The position numbers were made by a program, and so were the translations under genes. From Hemiscyllium ocellatum (taxonomy: Eukaryota), in contig NC_083404.1 in the NCBI RefSeq assembly GCF_020745735.1, positions 13,020,001 to 13,084,000 on the forward strand: a stretch of 64,000 bases of DNA, read 5' to 3'. Below are positions 63,303 through 64,000 of this stretch, in pieces. The first letter of the stretch is position 1; each line of letters opens with the position of its first letter. The notes under the pieces were generated by a model. The model was not told the origin of the DNA, did no database searches, and worked only from the letters and a program-made list of their open reading frames with translations.

Positions 63303-64000
63303 AAATGTCAGGTCATTAACACAGTGTGCAAATTAAATTATAGGGCCCTGTACATACATTCGTATCTGATTCCACAATGGAATGCAGAAAAGGACATTAC
63401 CCATCATGGAAAGGGCTCTAATGCAACTGAACAATGTTAGTCGATTTGATGGCGCATTACCTTAACTATGATCAAACACTGCATAGAAAACGTACTTAAG
63501 TCATCACAATCCTCTACCCTGTGATGATTGAATTCAACAAGAGCTTTTAAACTTATCTGTGATAAGGTCCCCAGTTTGAGCTGGCTTCCCCAATCTTCAC
63601 AAATTGACTTAATCAGCACAGTTCCCACAGGCTTCAGAAACCCCTCACTTCACAAAAATAGCAATGTCATGGATACCTGAGTTTGCAGCATGCTTTTAAG
63701 TGCACACAGCATTGTGACATATGAAGCAACAAAAATGGTGGGCAGCAGGAATCGAAGGAGAAGTTTAAAAATGTATTCCTTGTGCCTTCATTTTGATCTC
63801 CCAATGTGGATTTGCTCAGTGTCAGGAGACAGAAAATTCAACCCACTCCATTGGTTGACCCTACATACTTCATTCCTTAGCTATAGTCTCAAACCTTCAC
63901 CCTCACAGGTATCTAGGCTATAGCAGACTACCCACATCCTTCATGGTATATACAATGCAGAGAAAAGCTTCTGAATGCTATTATTACAAAGAAATAAATC

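Noticed and set aside
1-64000. LINE strand bias suggesting a host intron
   Set aside because: Orientation is mixed (more minus early, more plus later) and counts are too small.

Overview
Eukaryotic, repeat-dense DNA from a cartilaginous fish (elasmobranch, probably a carpet or bamboo shark; inferred from HE1/V-SINEs and HER1-type CR1 LINEs). I recognise no intact host protein-coding gene: the recognisable ORFs are decayed transposon fragments or their antisense shadows. Contents: many 5'-truncated CR1/HER1 LINEs, a second CR1/L2-like LINE with its partner SINE, HE1 and related V-SINEs, DeuSINE remnants, an RTE remnant, two solo LTRs of one family, a Gypsy pol relic ending right after RNase H, Tigger/pogo-like MITEs, Harbinger relics, a tRNA-Arg(CCT) pseudogene, and at least four families of Penelope-like element (PLE) ends carrying minimal hammerhead motifs. 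The most notable structures are: (1) fold-back PLE mini-insertions from three families sharing an inverted arm, a ~35-42 nt unpaired tail and a target-site duplication (TSD); (2) two head-to-head HE1 SINE dimers, each apparently inside a single TSD, one with a 5x reiterated 5' end; (3) a 58-bp locally templated inverted insertion with its own flanking duplication. Family names come from recalled consensus motifs, not database searches, and boundaries of old elements are approximate.
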